The notes under the pieces: generated by a model | Seen by the model: the letters and a program-made list of their open reading frames with translations, nothing else | What the model was told of the DNA's origin: nothing | Databases searched by the model: none | Program-made: the position numbers and the translations under genes | Assembly: GCF_009914755.1 (NCBI RefSeq) | Contig: NC_060940.1 | DNA: 64,000 bases | Source of the DNA: the human T2T-CHM13v2.0 reference genome, Homo sapiens | Reading direction: 5' to 3' (one strand) | Shown: positions 13,576-29,961 of the stretch, in pieces | Numbering within the stretch: the stretch's first letter is position 1 | Layout: the number at the start of each line of letters is the position of its first letter

Positions 13576-13792
13576 ACTGGTTCTCAACTGGGGACACTTC
13601 CATCCCCATAAGGGACATTTGGCAATGTCTGGAGACATTTTTGATTGTCACAACTAGGGTATACTGTGCTACTGTCATCCAGTACGTAGAGGCCATGGAT
13701 GCTGCTAAACATCCTACAAGGCACAGGGCTGTCCCCAGACTCCCCAGTAAAGAACGATCAGGTCCAAAATGTCAGTGGTGTTGAGGCTGACC
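13576..13792 (+). mobile_element. MER20
   Basis: ggacatttggcaatgtctggagacatttttg...gatgctgctaaacatcctaca. Confidence 0.9.
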
Positions 13793-13809
13793 TAGGGTAG
13801 GGGGCTCTA

Positions 13810-13950
13810 ATATCTCTATTTTATATGTGAGGAAACGGAAGCATGGTGAGGTTGGGTAATCCTGTGTGAGGTCCTGCAGCTGGTAGGCAATGGAGATGGG
13901 GTATAGACCAAGTGAGTCTGGCTCTAGAGTCCTTGCTTTTAACCACCATA
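13810..13950 (-). mobile_element. MIR
   Basis: tgaggaaac...gtctggctctagagtccttgcttttaaccac. Confidence 0.7.
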
Positions 13951-14026
13951 CATGATTGCTTCTCAGAAGTGGAAAACGCTGAGACAGGCACAGCTTTTTA
14001 TACCTTTACTCACTTATGTTACGGCG

Positions 14027-14118
14027 AGGGTGACCAGCTGTCTTGGTTTGCCCAGGCCTGAGCGGATTCCCAGAGTGTGGGACTTGCAGTGCTCAAGCCA
14101 GGATGGATAGTCACCCTA
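14027..14118. mobile_element. MER81
   Basis: agggtgaccagctgtcttggtttgcccagg...gtcacccta. Confidence 0.75.
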
Positions 14119-14191
14119 GTAACCTCCAGACTCTGTAGACATCTGTGTTTGTGATCTGATTGTTACTTTCAGTCTGTTGAGTTCATATTAC

Positions 14192-14826
14192 TGATGTAAG
14201 AGTTAAGAAGAGATTATTTAGGCAGATAGTGAGGGTAAGGAAGTCCTCAGTAAGGTTTTCCTTTTAATGAAAAGCAGTCCCCAAATCATTTTTCTTTTCT
14301 AACGGAGAGCATCCTGTAAAATCAAGCTGCAGACATAGGCAAGCAAGCTGGAAGCTTGCACGGGTGAATGCCGGCAGCTCCGCCCATAAGAAAAGGCTAG
14401 CTGGGGCTAGGCACGTCCAACAGGGCAGCTCCATCTTCCCTTCTCTTTGCCAGCCATGTGTACAGTAAGGAGCAGGCAACAAGGAGCCAGCCAGGCAAAG
14501 ACCCCATTTGCATAATAACACTAGGGTGGGGCGGCCAACTTCCCCATGCGCTATGTAAATGTCACACCTGGTGCAACCAATCTTTGGGCCCTAGTAAATC
14601 AGGCACCGCCTCCCCAACCCTGTAAAATCTGGTGCACTCTGACTTGGGCCAGAAGTCCCACTGGGTGCCCCCCTCTCGGAAGAGAGACAGTGTTCTCCTT
14701 TCTCATTCTTTTGCCTATTAAACCTCTGCTTTTAAACTCACTCTTTGTGTGTGTCTGTGTCCTTAATGTTTTTGGTATGAGGCAACGAATCTCAGGTATT
14801 ACCCCCGAGAGAATGATGCTGCTTCA
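14192..14826 (+). mobile_element. ERV1 solo LTR, LTR9/LTR9B-like
   Basis: TG...CA ends; attatttaggcagatagtgagggtaag; gcttgcacgggtgaatgccggcag; attaaa poly(A) signal. Confidence 0.75.
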
Positions 14827-16436
14827 CTCTGTGCTAATCACAATTGACACAAGGGCCGAATCCCAGTCTCAAGTTCACCTACGATGACTTTATCATCCAC
14901 ATGGCTCAAAGCTGTGGTCAAGTTTCCTCCTGTTTTGAAAATATGTGCTATGCTCCAGTTAAGTCAGCACAGCTCTAGGTAGATCAAAATTCATCTTTGG
15001 AGGATTTCTGAAATTCACTTGAGGAGTAGATCAGTTGGGGATGGTGTGATGGAGGAAAAAGAAAATCCCAAGGTTTGATGGCAAGGTTAGAGTGACCTTC
15101 TGACCTTGAGCAAATGGCTTAAGCTGTCTGGGCCTTGATGTCCTCGTTTATAAAATGAGTCCGTAATAAAAGCCACAATGATGAGCATCAGGCACTGTGC
15201 TGAGTGTTTGCCATCTAAGGGGTTATCTGGTTATCTCATTTAATCATCACAACCACGGGAGGGGAAGCTCCTGGGGTTAAGTGTCTCGCCCAAGGTTGCA
15301 GCTGGTGGGGAATAGTCTGGTTGCAAACCCAGAGACCACACTTTTAACTGCTATGGAATGTTGTCTCCCGTGGCTGTTTCTGAGGAGATAGAAAAACATG
15401 CCAATTAGGGCCAAAAAAACGGGAGGTGGCCTCAAGGGCAGTGCATTACATTAAGAGTGTTTGCAAAGGCGTGGGTGTTTCTCCACCCCCGAGTCGCTGC
15501 TGACTTCCCGACACCTACACGCAGGGTCACCCTGCAGCTTCTGAGCACCTGGCCGGCTCCCCCCAGCAATGTGTGTTTGATGTTATCAGGGGGTTTGAGG
15601 CACGGCTGAGGCCCCAGGAATCTTTCTCTTTCATGGAGAAGCCAAGCTCACATCTCCCAGTGGCAGCTGGTGCTGGCGTCTGGCTGGAGTTGCAGGGACT
15701 ATGTGTCAGCTCTAGCAGTTCCTGCGACTGTATTCACCTACTGAAGGTCCTTGATCTATTGCTGGGGTTTGCCAAGGGTCTCAGGGGTCTGCTGCGGAGC
15801 AGAGAGACTGATTATTATTTTTTAAATCTCCAGTTGACCCCCTTGTTCTCACGTTAATCACTTTGAGAATAAAAATGGCTACCAATAATTGAGCACTTAC
15901 TACGTGCCAGGCACAGGCACATCCTATGCCTCCCTCCCTCCTCCTCCGGGGCTGCTGGCTCTCCTTATCCTTTTTATTTTTGCTTTTTTCTCCACAGCTA
16001 GTAACTGTGTTCTAAACACCAATAAGAGGGCCTGGCAAATGTGGTTACTCAATAACATTTATTGAATGAATGGGTGTGAGCGAGTGTGTGTTAGGCTCCC
16101 TGCTAAGCCCATTACGTGTATTATTTTACTCAACTCTCACAGTAATCCTATGAGATAAGCTTCATCTTTATCTCCATGTTACAAAGGAGAAAATGTGCTC
16201 AGAGATGTCAAGTAATTTCCCCCAAAATGCACAGCTTGTGTCAACGCAAGAATGCAAATTTAGCAGTCTCCAAATTCTACCCCATTTACTATCTCCCAAA
16301 TAGATATGTATAAATATCCCACATATGGAGATACATTTTAAGGATTTATACGTATCTATTTCCATGTAACACGGCCACACATATGTATCCTATATAATAT
16401 GCACATGTATAGTATGTGCACATATTCACGTGTAAA

Positions 16437-17182
<746 letters not shown>

Positions 17183-17271
17183 TATATTTATCTTTTTCAC
17201 CCATGACCCCAGCTTCAGTGAGGAGTTCTGTTACTTTGTACTTTTACTGGGCATTCGTTTCCTTGTTTGGA

Positions 17272-17460
17272 AAATAGTGACTATAATTAATAAAAGTGTT
17301 TGTATTCTTGCAAATTGCTAAGAGAGTAAATTTGAAGCATCCCCACCACTTGTTAATTAGCTTGATTTCACCAGTCCGCAATGTATACATATTTCAAAAC
17401 ATCAGGTTGTACACAATAATTATAGACAATTTTTGTTTGTCAATTCAAAAAGTAATAAGT
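17272..17460 (+). mobile_element. L1MA 3' end fragment
   Basis: aaattgctaagagagtaaattt...tgttaattagcttgatt...caaaacatca. Confidence 0.75.
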
Positions 17461-17534
17461 AAAGGAAAAGAAAAATGTAAGATACTTTAAAAAATGACTG
17501 GCTCGTGTTGAGAAGTAACTTTTACTATTTATTT

Positions 17535-17862
<328 letters not shown>

Positions 17863-17924
17863 TAACTTGTACTATTTATTTGAGTTAAGCCAACACACAC
17901 TTGAGTTCCCCACATGTCATAGAG

Positions 17925-18140
17925 TGATGTGGACAAGCCCTTGAAATCTGGCTTTCCTGATTACCTGGTTGACCTTGTAGATGCCTCTCTGAGCCTCAGA
18001 TATGTTCTCTGTGAAATGGGCATGAAACCAGTACCCACTTTGTAGAGCACTGTGAGGATTAAGTGAGAGGATACGTGCAAAAGTTTACCACAGTGCCTGG
18101 CTCCAGAAGCCACTCAATATATATTTGCTGTTGTTATTAA
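17925..18140 (+). mobile_element. MIR
   Basis: ctctctgagcctcag...ctgtgaaatggg...tgtgaggattaagtgag. Confidence 0.75.
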
Positions 18141-19187
18141 TATTGATACTATTCTTACAACAAAAACAGCACAGATGTTCTAATGATCAATTATCCTAGC
18201 CTGTCGTCTGCTGGTCCCCAGCCCATGTTTCTCGGACCCTGTCTGTGTGTGATTTATGATCCGACTCTCTCTACACTTTGTGTTGGGGTTTGATTTTTCC
18301 TGCTTTGGCTCAAGACCCCCTTCCTACAGAAATGTTTGGACCCATCTTACAGACTTGTGCCTCCTTGGCTGTCCTGCCTGGTCAGCCCCTTGGAACACAG
18401 GGTTGGCCCTAAGTTGGTCCTCCCATCCCAGCAAAATGGTTCACTGGGGCATTGCAGGTTGATTGTGGAATTTCAACAATAGCATGGGTGGTGGGAAAAC
18501 CTTCGGACATCCACAGACAGCAGCCTGGATGTATAAGAGATGGGGGTGGTGTTCTTTCCATCTGGAGTCCTCCGGGAGCTGTCAAGCCTGGAATCTTTGC
18601 AATTTAGGCAGTCTGTTTGTAATGGTCTCAAGAAAACCCATTCTGCCTACAAACGCGGTGACCTTTAATTTTTTTTTCTCAGATTTTTCCAAGATGCACA
18701 TTGACTCTTCCTGTCAACGTGGAAGGCTCTAATGCCGCCTGGGGCATTTAGATTGCATTTGCCAATCGCTGACTGCTGTAGCCAATTTGTTCCTGATCTC
18801 AAGGTCGATTTTGAATAACTTTAGCTGGGCTAAGTCTCTTGCATTGAATAACTGGGAAACAACCTATTAAGGTAGCAGGCGGGCGGGGGCAGGAGGGGGC
18901 AGGGGGCTGTTTCTATTTTGTAGAAGTTCTTTGATTTTGGATAAATGAGAAGGCTTCTAGCTCTGCCAGTCATGGACTATGTGGCCTTGAACAAGGGAGG
19001 GAAAGAAAGAAACACATGCCAAGTACCTAGCATATGCTAGACACAGTGCTGGGCACTTCACACATGCCAGCTGCTTAATCTACTCCGCGAGGTGAACATC
19101 GTGATCTCCATGTTACAGATAAAGAAACGGAGTCCCGGCAACTTGCAGGGTTGAGCTTGGATCTGTCTAAAGCCCCGCCCCTCCCCC

Positions 19188-19487
19188 TTTTTTTGTTTGT
19201 TTGAGACGGAGTCTTGCTATGTTGCCCAGGCTGGTGTGCAACAGTGCAATGATCTTGGCTCACTGCAACCTCCGCCTGCCAGGTTCAAGCAATTCTCCTG
19301 CCTCAGCCTCCCGAGCAGCTTGGGATTACAGGCACGTGCCACCATGCCCAGCTAATTTTTTATATTTTTTGTATAGACGAGGTTTCACCATGCTGGCCAG
19401 GTTGGTCTCCAACTCCTGACCTCTTGAGCCGCCCGCCTCGGCCTCCCAAAGTGCTGGGATTACAGGCGTGAGCCACCGCGCCCGGCC
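19188..19487 (-). mobile_element. AluS
   Basis: Full dimer. Confidence 0.9.
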
Positions 19488-19588
19488 GATGATGCTCTTT
19501 TTAAACTATCCTTATGAGTGTATTTCAGCAACCTCCCCCGACCCGAATTACAGTACCACAGGCTGCGTCCTAATGCTGTGCCCTCTCC

Positions 19589-19938
19589 TGATATGGTCTG
19601 GCTGTATCCCCATCCAAACTCACCTTGAATTGTAATAATCCCCACGTGTCAAGGGCGGGGCCAGGTGGAGATAATTAAAACATGGGGGCAGTTTCCGCAT
19701 ACGGTTCTCATGGTAGTGAGTAAGTCTCACGAGATCTGATGGTTTTATAAATGGGAGTTCCGCTGCGCAAGCTCTCTTGCCTGCCCCTGTGTAGCATGTG
19801 ACTTCGCTGTTCTTTGGCCTTCCACCATGATTGTGAGACCTCCTCAGCCATGTGGAACTGTGAGTCCATTCAACCTCTTTCCTTTGTAAATTACTCAGTC
19901 TCGGGTAGGTCTTTATTAGCAGCGTGAGAACAAATAAA
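19589..19938 (+). mobile_element. THE1B/C solo LTR
   Basis: tgatatggtctggctg...gagatctgatggttttataa...agcagcgtgagaac. Confidence 0.9.
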
Positions 19939-20149
19939 CCTCCTGTCATCTTCTCTCCTTGGATTCACTCCTCTAGTCTGAGATGTCTGGTTCGCCTTGT
20001 TTCCCCAGCGGTGGGCTCATGCCGGCAGGGGTTGGCATCAGCAACTGTTCTTTGATCCCATGACTCTGATTTTGAGATGAGCCTGGTGCAGCTTGGTGGT
20101 TTCACGTGGGGCCCTTTGGAAGGAGAAAACCTGGTCCGAATCCCTGCAA

Positions 20150-20575
20150 GTTGTGTGACGGGTTGGGTTCCTTGGAAGCCCGAGAATGAGATTTGGGTAG
20201 GTGCGGTTTATTCAAGGTGGGGGTTCTCAGGAGAAGGAAAGTGAGGGAAGGAGGATGATGGGGGAGGGGACAGAGCCAAGCAAGAATGGGCTCTCAGGCT
20301 GAGGCTAGCCTTGATCTCACGTGGGTCTCTGGAGTGTATTCTGCCTTGAAGCAGGAGGACTGGACTTTTGTGTGACTCCTCTCGCCTCATATCGCTTAGT
20401 CATTGGCCAGTTCAGCATGTGAGAGCATAACTCCCTGGGTGAAATGGCTTTTGCTAGCTAAGGAATTCTCCGGAGAAAGTATTGGTATAAGCCATTAGGC
20501 ACAGATCAGCAAAGGCTGAATGATGAGTGGTTTACTGGCAATGAGGATCTGGGTGAAGCACCAGGAACAGCTGCG
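20150..20575 (-). mobile_element. Old MaLR/ERVL LTR (MLT1I-like)
   Basis: gggttccttggaagc...gagatttg...tttatt...ggatctgggtgaagcacca. Confidence 0.5.
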
Positions 20576-20589
20576 ACGTTGTGCAACTG

Positions 20590-20980
20590 CTCTGCCTCAG
20601 TTTTCCTCATCTGTAAAATGGGGATGTTGATAAAACCCATCTCTGAGCGTTGATGCAAGGGTTAGATGAGATACTTGCATTTGTGTTACTGATAATGTGC
20701 CTGTCACTGGCCAGGTGCAAAGCAAGGGCTCAACGAAAGCATAAGCTATTATTATTATTATTATTATTGTTATTACTGGCAGTTTTGGATCCATAGCAAC
20801 AAGCACATATAAACAATGCTCACTTCTTCTCTAGTTTAATTCTTATAACTCTTCTGAGATAAGTTCTACTTCTACCCTGTTTTACAGACATGGAAACTGA
20901 GGCACAGTGAGGTGAAGCACTTTGAGCTCACATGATGGGGCTGAGATTCCAATTTAGGGAGTCCAGTCCCAGAGCCCCCA
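20590..20980. mobile_element. Two oppositely oriented MIR fragments
   Basis: gcctcagttttcctcatctgtaaaatgggg (+) and ttttacagacatggaaactgaggcacag (-). Confidence 0.75.
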
Positions 20981-21136
20981 AGTGAGTGCTGGTTTGGGAC
21001 TGTCTCTTCTGATCATGACAAATCTTTTTTTTGAGATCACTCTCAGTTCCTTGAATGTATCCATCTTCTCTGTTGTTTCTGGGTCTTTGTATATTCTATT
21101 CTCTGTGCTGGCAACAGCTTTTCCGCTTTAACCTGA

Positions 21137-21559
<423 letters not shown>

Positions 21560-21732
21560 TAGGATGTATTACACTTGCCTAGTCACTTGTCTGCCTCTCC
21601 CATTAGTCTATGGCTCCAAAGAATTGAATATTTTGCCTGTCTCTATCATTGTCACCCCTGCAAGTAGCATTTGTCTGGCACATAGTAGGTACTCAATAAA
21701 TGTTTATTTTGTGGCTGAATGAGCATTCCAGA

Positions 21733-21801
21733 TTCAGAACTGGAAACATTGGAGGCTTACAAAAGTTCAGAACCGCATACATTGGAGGCTTACAAAAGTT
21801 C
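21733..21801 (+). repeat. 33-bp tandem duplication
   Basis: acattggaggcttacaaaagttc at 21746 and 21779. Confidence 0.9.
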
Positions 21802-22027
21802 CTGTTGAGTTGAATTAATTCATTTTGAAATGACATGGACTAAGTTCTTTCTGGGAAGGTTTCCTAACTAAATCCGTGGGCATGGTGGACTGGAGCGTTC
21901 CAGAACCAGTGCAAAGAGTCCCCTGTCCATAGGCATGAGATGAAGGCTCAGGGACTTAAAATACACTTCTATTGTGGAAAGTTCTTCAGAGACCCTTCTG
22001 GCATTTTATTTAATTGATGCTCGGCTC

Positions 22028-22670
<643 letters not shown>

Positions 22671-23417
22671 TAATTTATTTTATGTAATGAATGTATTTCT
22701 TTTCATTAGGAAAGTATGAGAATCACGTTGCTGAAAATGTGGGAAACCTAGAAAAGTAGAGAAACCCACCCACTATCATTTGGTAGTAAATTTCTTCAGA
22801 TTTTTCTCCTCCCATATATGTTTTTCTCTTTCTTTATTAAACATACTTATGACCATACTATTAATATAGTTTAGTATCCTGCTACTTTTTTTCCGTTTAG
22901 CAAAATGAGATTTTTCCAGGTTTAATTACATAGTTTTAAAAATAACCATCATCATTTTGTTCTTATTTTTTTCCCTTTTGAATTTAAAAAAAAAAATCAT
23001 AGTAATATGAGCACATCGTACAAAGTTAAAGTACAGAGGAGCTGCTAATGAAAGCAGCGGTTCCTGGCCCCTTCTCTCCTCTCTCCCCTCCTTAAGTCTT
23101 ATTTCCCGGAGGTAAGTGCTTGAAATGTTGTTTCCATTTTTAGGTCTTCGGTTATTTATCTCTGTAACTCCAAATAAGATGCTTATGTGGCTGTTTCTTG
23201 ATTTATCAATTTAAGACATTTTCTATTGACTCTGTGCCATAGAAGATGAGGATTCAGCTTATTGACATGGTTCCTCCCCACTTTTTGTCCTTCCCCAGTT
23301 TTTATTTGAAAAAAGTCAGACGTGCACATGGCAAATGATGACCGGAGGATGAAGGAGCCTCTCTTACTCTAATGCTTCAGTCTTCCACCCACCCCTCCTC
23401 CCAGTTTCTTGTGTATC

Positions 23418-24300
23418 TGTGGCAGGTCAAAGATGAGTGCAAACTGTTTGATACCCCATGCATTCAGAAATGGGGTCTATTTCCCTTTTCCTGAGCCTGG
23501 GCTGGCCTGTGACTGCTTTGACGAATAGATTGCCATAGAAGTGACACCATGATGGTTCTGGTCCTGGCATTTAAGGGATCATGCAGTTTCCGCCTTACAC
23601 CTCTTGGAACTCTTGGTTTTAAACCCCTGAGCCACTGTGTGAGAAATCTGAGGGCTTTTGCTGGAGGGAAACCTGGAGAGACTCTGAGATGACATGGAAA
23701 GGGAGAGAAGTTGCTCTGAGCCCAGCTTCCATCCTGTCCCACTGATATGATTTGGCTGTGTCCCCATCCAAATCTCATCTTGAATTCTCACATGTTGTGA
23801 GAGGGACCCGGTGGGAGGTAATTGAATCATGGGGGTGGGTCTTTCTCATGCTATTCTCATGATAGTAAGTCTCATGAGATCTGATGGTTTTATAACAGGG
23901 AGTTTCCCTGCACAAGCTCTCTTTTTGCCTGCTGCCATCCATGTAAGACGTGACTTGCTCCTCCTTGCCTTCCACCATGATTGCGAGGCTCCCCAGCCAT
24001 GTGGAACTCTGAGTCCATTAAACCTCTTTCCTGTAAAAATGACCCAGTCTCAGGTATGTCTTTATTAAGAGCATGAAAATGGACTAATACACCCACCAAG
24101 GTGCCTGGCACATCACTAAAACTGCACTAGACCCTTCAGAGCAGCCCCGAAGCCCTCTGAATACTACTGAGTGACCTCAGATGATACTGTGTGAGCAGAA
24201 GAACTGCCCAGCTGGGTCCTGCTTGAATTCCTGACCCTCAAAATCATGATCTATAATAAAAACAGTTGTGGCTTTAAGCCATAATGTTTGGGGATTAACT
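23418..24300 (+). mobile_element. MLT1G-type LTR interrupted by THE1
   Basis: ctgggctggcctgtgactgctttgac...gcagaagaactgcccagctg...tttaagcca. Confidence 0.7.
23743..24091 (+). mobile_element. THE1B solo LTR
   Basis: tgatatg...ggactaataca; perfect 5-bp TSD cccac. Confidence 0.92.
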
Positions 24301-24735
24301 TGAATGGCATCCTTCAGGAGATACCCCATGTGTCATAGGTTTTGGGGATGGAGGTTATCTTAGCCTACCAACAGTGCCTGATACAAATATGTGAATGTTT
24401 CATTGGGTCACGCAATCTCAAGAAAGCAGGGATAAGGGAAAGAGAGAAAGAGGAAGAGCAAAACCAAAGAAGTGCATATTGCCTAGTGGAGTTGCAGTTT
24501 CCCAGAAACACAAGCATGGGATAACTCTGGAGTCAGTCATCTGCCAGCTCCTGCTGTTTCCTGTCTCTTATTGGTCAAAGCTTGCTCCACTCTGCACTTC
24601 TGAGTAATGGCCCTCAGCCCCTCCTAGCAGCTTCTGGGGGATCCAGGACCTCTGGGAGCTGATAGGTGTGATAGAGGCCAGCCCTTAACCCCACCCAGGG
24701 TAGGCTGAGTCACTTTTATTTTATTGTAAAATTGA

Positions 24736-25652
<917 letters not shown>

Positions 25653-26345
25653 CAGCCTCTATTTTTAAAGTAACTTTTATGGGATGTCAGACATTGTAAA
25701 TTTTACCTTGGTGGGTGCTGGATGTTTTTGTGCCTGGCACAGTCCTAGGTGCTGAGGACCTAGCATTGAACAAAAACAAAGATCCCTGCTCTTGCTGAAC
25801 TTCCATGCTACTGTGGGGAGACAATCAGTGAACAACAAGCATAATTTAGGTTTGCTCTTATTATACTGTTGCACACGTACCTTTTGTATATGTACTCTTA
25901 AACGGCCATTGTTTTTAGTGATTTGATTGAACAAATATATTTGATTGAACAGATATATCCTTGCTGAATGAGCCATTTCTCTATTGATGGGTAATTATAT
26001 TACTTTCTCTAGTAAGAGTCATCAGAAGCTTAGAGGCTTAAGAATCTAAGCTCAACAAACAGAGGTTGGAGAGGTTATTATAAAGTCCATTGTGAGAGCA
26101 GCCACTCCTAACCTTGGGACCAAAGATTGGTATTGCGTGACCTGTGAGCCAGAATTACCCTGGATTGGACTGTCCTACCAGGTGGGCCCCTGGCCAGCAA
26201 AAGAGATGATGGGGGTTGTTAGAATGTCAGAGAGGGCCTTAGACACCCCTTTTCCATATAGTCTCCAGCTCTTTGACTAAAACCTGTACCCCAGTATATA
26301 ATCAGTCACCCAGGCCTAGAGTCAAGGTCTTTTATATCATGTAAA

Positions 26346-27192
26346 TTTATTTTTTATTTTTAAAATTTTTTATTTCCATAGGGTTTTGGGGAACAGGTGG
26401 TATTTGGTTATGTGAGTAAGTTCTTTAATAGTGATTTGTGAGATTTTGGTGCAGCCATTATCTGAGCAGTACACACTGAACCCAATTTGTAGTCTTTTAT
26501 CCCTCACCCCCTCCCACCCTTTCCCCCGAGTCCCCAGAGTCCATTGTATCATTCTTATGCCTTTGCATCCTCATAGCTTAGCTCCCACTTGTGAGTGAGA
26601 ACATACGACGTTTGGTTTTCCATTCCTGAGTTACTTCACCTAGAATAATAATCTCCAGTTCCATCCAGGTTGCTGTGAATGCCATTAATTCATTCCTTAT
26701 TATGGCTGAGTAGTATAAATATACTGCTGGTATATGGCATATATATACCACAGTTTCTTTATCCACTCGTTGATTGATAGGCATTTGAGCTGGTTTCATA
26801 TTTTTGCAGTTGTGAATTGTGCTGCTATAAACATGCATGTGCAAGTATCTTTCTCATATAATGATTTCTTTTCCTCAGGGTAGATACCCAGTAGTGGGAT
26901 TGCCAGATCAAATGGTGGTGCTACTTTTCTTTAAGGAATCTCCACACTGTCTTCCAAGGTGGTTGTACTAGTTTACATTCCCGCCAGCAGTGTAGAAGTG
27001 TTCCCTTTTCACCACCTCCATGCCAACATCTATTATGTTTTGATTTTTTGATTCTGGTCATTCTTGCAGGAGTAAGGCGGTATCGCATTGTGGTTTTGAT
27101 TTGCGTTTCCCTGATCATTAGTGATGTTGAGCATTTTTTCACATGTTTGTTGGCCATTTGTTTATCTTCTTTTGAAAATTGTCTATTCATGT
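26346..27192 (-). mobile_element. L1PB1, 5'-truncated (ORF2 C-terminus plus 3' UTR)
   Basis: ORF 26921-27190 reads as L1 ORF2 ([31 protein letters not shown]); L1PB-type 3' UTR. Confidence 0.9.
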
Positions 27193-27339
27193 GGATTTAT
27201 ACCTTCCCCGTATTCCCATGCCTTTGTCTTCAATGGGACTATTATTTTTTGTCTAATGGCTTTGAATTAAATCTTCTGTCTTCTATTCCACTGATCTCCA
27301 GTCTCCAGCAATAATTATGCTGTTTGCATTGGGGAAGGT

Positions 27340-28130
27340 GGCAGATGTAGTTGTTGCCTTGCCTATGTCCTCTGGCATAGGAACTCACCATTCCTACTGC
27401 AAGCATCTGCAATACTGCCTGGGGCTTTGTCTCACTGCCATAACCTAGGCTCTTGTGGGGCAGGCTGGAAGTGCAGAGAAACCAACACAGGCACATCTCC
27501 CCCAGCCAGCTGCTGAGGGCAGTTGCCCTGCCTTCCATACCTTAGGGTGAGGCAGGCGCTATGCTGTCTCCCAGATGTCCCCAGTGGGATTGAACCCCAG
27601 TTGCCCATAGTAGCAGCCTGCTTATAAACATGACCTGGATTAGCTCCTTTCCCTTCTCTGTCTCATTTCCCTATTGTCATCCCAGTGTTTCCTGGGCTCA
27701 CTTTCCAAATCAACCCACTTATCTTCAAGTCCTTCTGTATTAGTCTGTTCTCATGCTGCTAATAAAGACATGCCTGAGACTGGGTCATTTATAAAGGAAA
27801 GAGGTTTAATGGACTCACAGTTCTGCATGGCTGGAAAGGCCTCACAATCATGGTGGAAGACAAGAAGGAGCAAAGCCACATCTTACACGGCAGCAGGCAA
27901 GAGGCTTGTGCAGGGGAACTCCCATTTATAAAACCATCAGATCTCATGAGACTTACTATCAGGAGAACAGTATGGGGGAAACCACCCCCATGATTCAATT
28001 ATCTCCACCTGCCCCCGCCCTTGACACATGGAGATTGTTACAATTCAAGGTGAGATCTGGGTAGGGACGCAGCCAAACCATCTCACCTTCTCTTAGGATT
28101 TGTTTCTGGGGAAACCTAACCTATCTAAGA
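27340..28130 (+). mobile_element. LTR16-type ERVL LTR interrupted by THE1
   Basis: ccccagtgggattgaaccccagttgcccatagt...tttctggggaaacctaac. Confidence 0.65.
27736..28085 (-). mobile_element. THE1B/C solo LTR
   Basis: tgtattagtc...cagccaaaccatctca; perfect TSD ccttc. Confidence 0.92.
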
Positions 28131-29961
28131 TGATGAAAAATACAAAGAACCAGGAAAATCCATAAATAGATTTAACAAGAAAATTTTACCTAGTCTTGAT
28201 GAGTGGCAAAGCTTGACTGCCCTGAGGAAGTGACTTTGCTGAGCTGAGACCTGAGGATGGGTAGGAGTTAGCTAAGCAAAGCAGCACTGGAAGAACAGCA
28301 GGGGAAGAACATTCCAAGCATAGGGAAGAGCATGTGCGAAGGTCCTGGGGCAGGAATGCTAGTGTGGATGGGGTGCAGAAAGAGAGGCAGAGAATGGTGG
28401 TTATCTTTGGAGGATATATGGCCTGAAAGTGAATTTGGGTCCCTGACTTTAAGTCTCTTTCCTCTGCAGTTTAATTATGTCTATACACTTTTTTTTGAAC
28501 CCCATTATGGTCTGGCTTCATTTAAATGCATCTGAAATGAAATCTCTAATGTTAACAGTGTTGTCAGATGTGAAGGCTTCATTTCTCTTTGGTTCTTTTT
28601 CACCGAATGCTATCTGTGAGTTTCTGGGGAGGATATGAGGATTTTGATTGTTTTGATTTTTTTTTTTTTTTGTATGACCACATTATGTTAATTTCCCCAT
28701 TGTCTTAGAGTATGAGAACATAAAAGCAATAACTCATTTATATGAAGACTGAATGTGCTGAGAGGTTGTCATGGAAACCTCTCATGTTGGCTTGAGTAAA
28801 TTGAATAACCCCTGTTAAAAGACTGAACACAGATAACTGGCAGGCTTTGTTTCAGGGCAAGAGTTCACAAACTGGGGTCCACAGATGCTCAAACATTCTA
28901 TCATGAATAGAATTCGGGGATCCCATGATCTTGGACAGTTAAAAATACATCTTATATTCTTTTATCTCTACCTGAAGTTTAGTCTTTCTTTCCATTGTGA
29001 ATGAATAAAGCAATAAACAAACAAAAAAACAAAAGATTGAACACAGAACTTATTTACCCAATTGCATGGCATTCACAAGAGATGAGAAATTCAACATGAT
29101 ACATGAGATTTTTCCCCCCCGCAGGGGCAGGGAGGAGGATGAAGAGGGTGAATGAATGCTAGGAATGTATTATTTTTATTTAGACAGTGATTTCTATTTT
29201 TCTTTCAAAGATTATATTTTTGTTTCCAAATGGGAGAGGTGTTATGGGGCGATAGAGAAAGGATCCAGGGAAAATTGCATGGTAAAATTGCTCCTGGGAA
29301 AGACCAGCTTAGGGTATCCATGATTGTCGCTTCTGTAGCCCTGAGCATGTTTCTCCCCTTGGAGCATCCTCTGAAGTCTTGGTCAGAGTCGTTGAAGAGA
29401 CATGAACCTTTTCAGCATTTTCTGCTTTGCTTTGGCAGGATTGTTTACTGCCTATCAAGCTGACTTACAAAAAATACTAGTTCTGTTGTTTTTCATTTTT
29501 AAAAGCAAATTGCTTCACCTCTTCGTAAATAACTCCTTAAAAGAAAAGCCGTGGATGACAGATGAGGAAGCATAGTTGGGAACAGAGCGCGGCACTCGCT
29601 CACGATCATAGTGTCAGGTCACAGGAAGCCCTCTGAGCCCCGGGGGTGGGGGCAGCCTCTTTAAAGTGATTATGGAGCAAGAGGAGCTTGAACAGTGGCA
29701 CTCTGAGCGTTGTCTTGGGCCAGCTTGGAGATCAGGTCCTGGGCTCCAGAAGACATCGAGGCTGGTTCTACCTGGATGTTGCATCCGTAGGTATCAAAGT
29801 AGGAGATGCTTTCGAGGGGTGAGTTTTTCATCAGTGGCCTCCACCCCAAAGCACCATAGTCCTACCTCCTTGTTGTATGTCTTTCTTCTCACAGGCTGCT
29901 TGTCAGACTTCAGAATTTCATGGGCATGATGGGCAAATAAGCTTGATTAATGCTTCATGCT

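Noticed and set aside
26578-27190. ORFs with clear protein similarity
   Set aside because: Fragments of L1 ORF2 in a truncated L1PB1, not a host gene.
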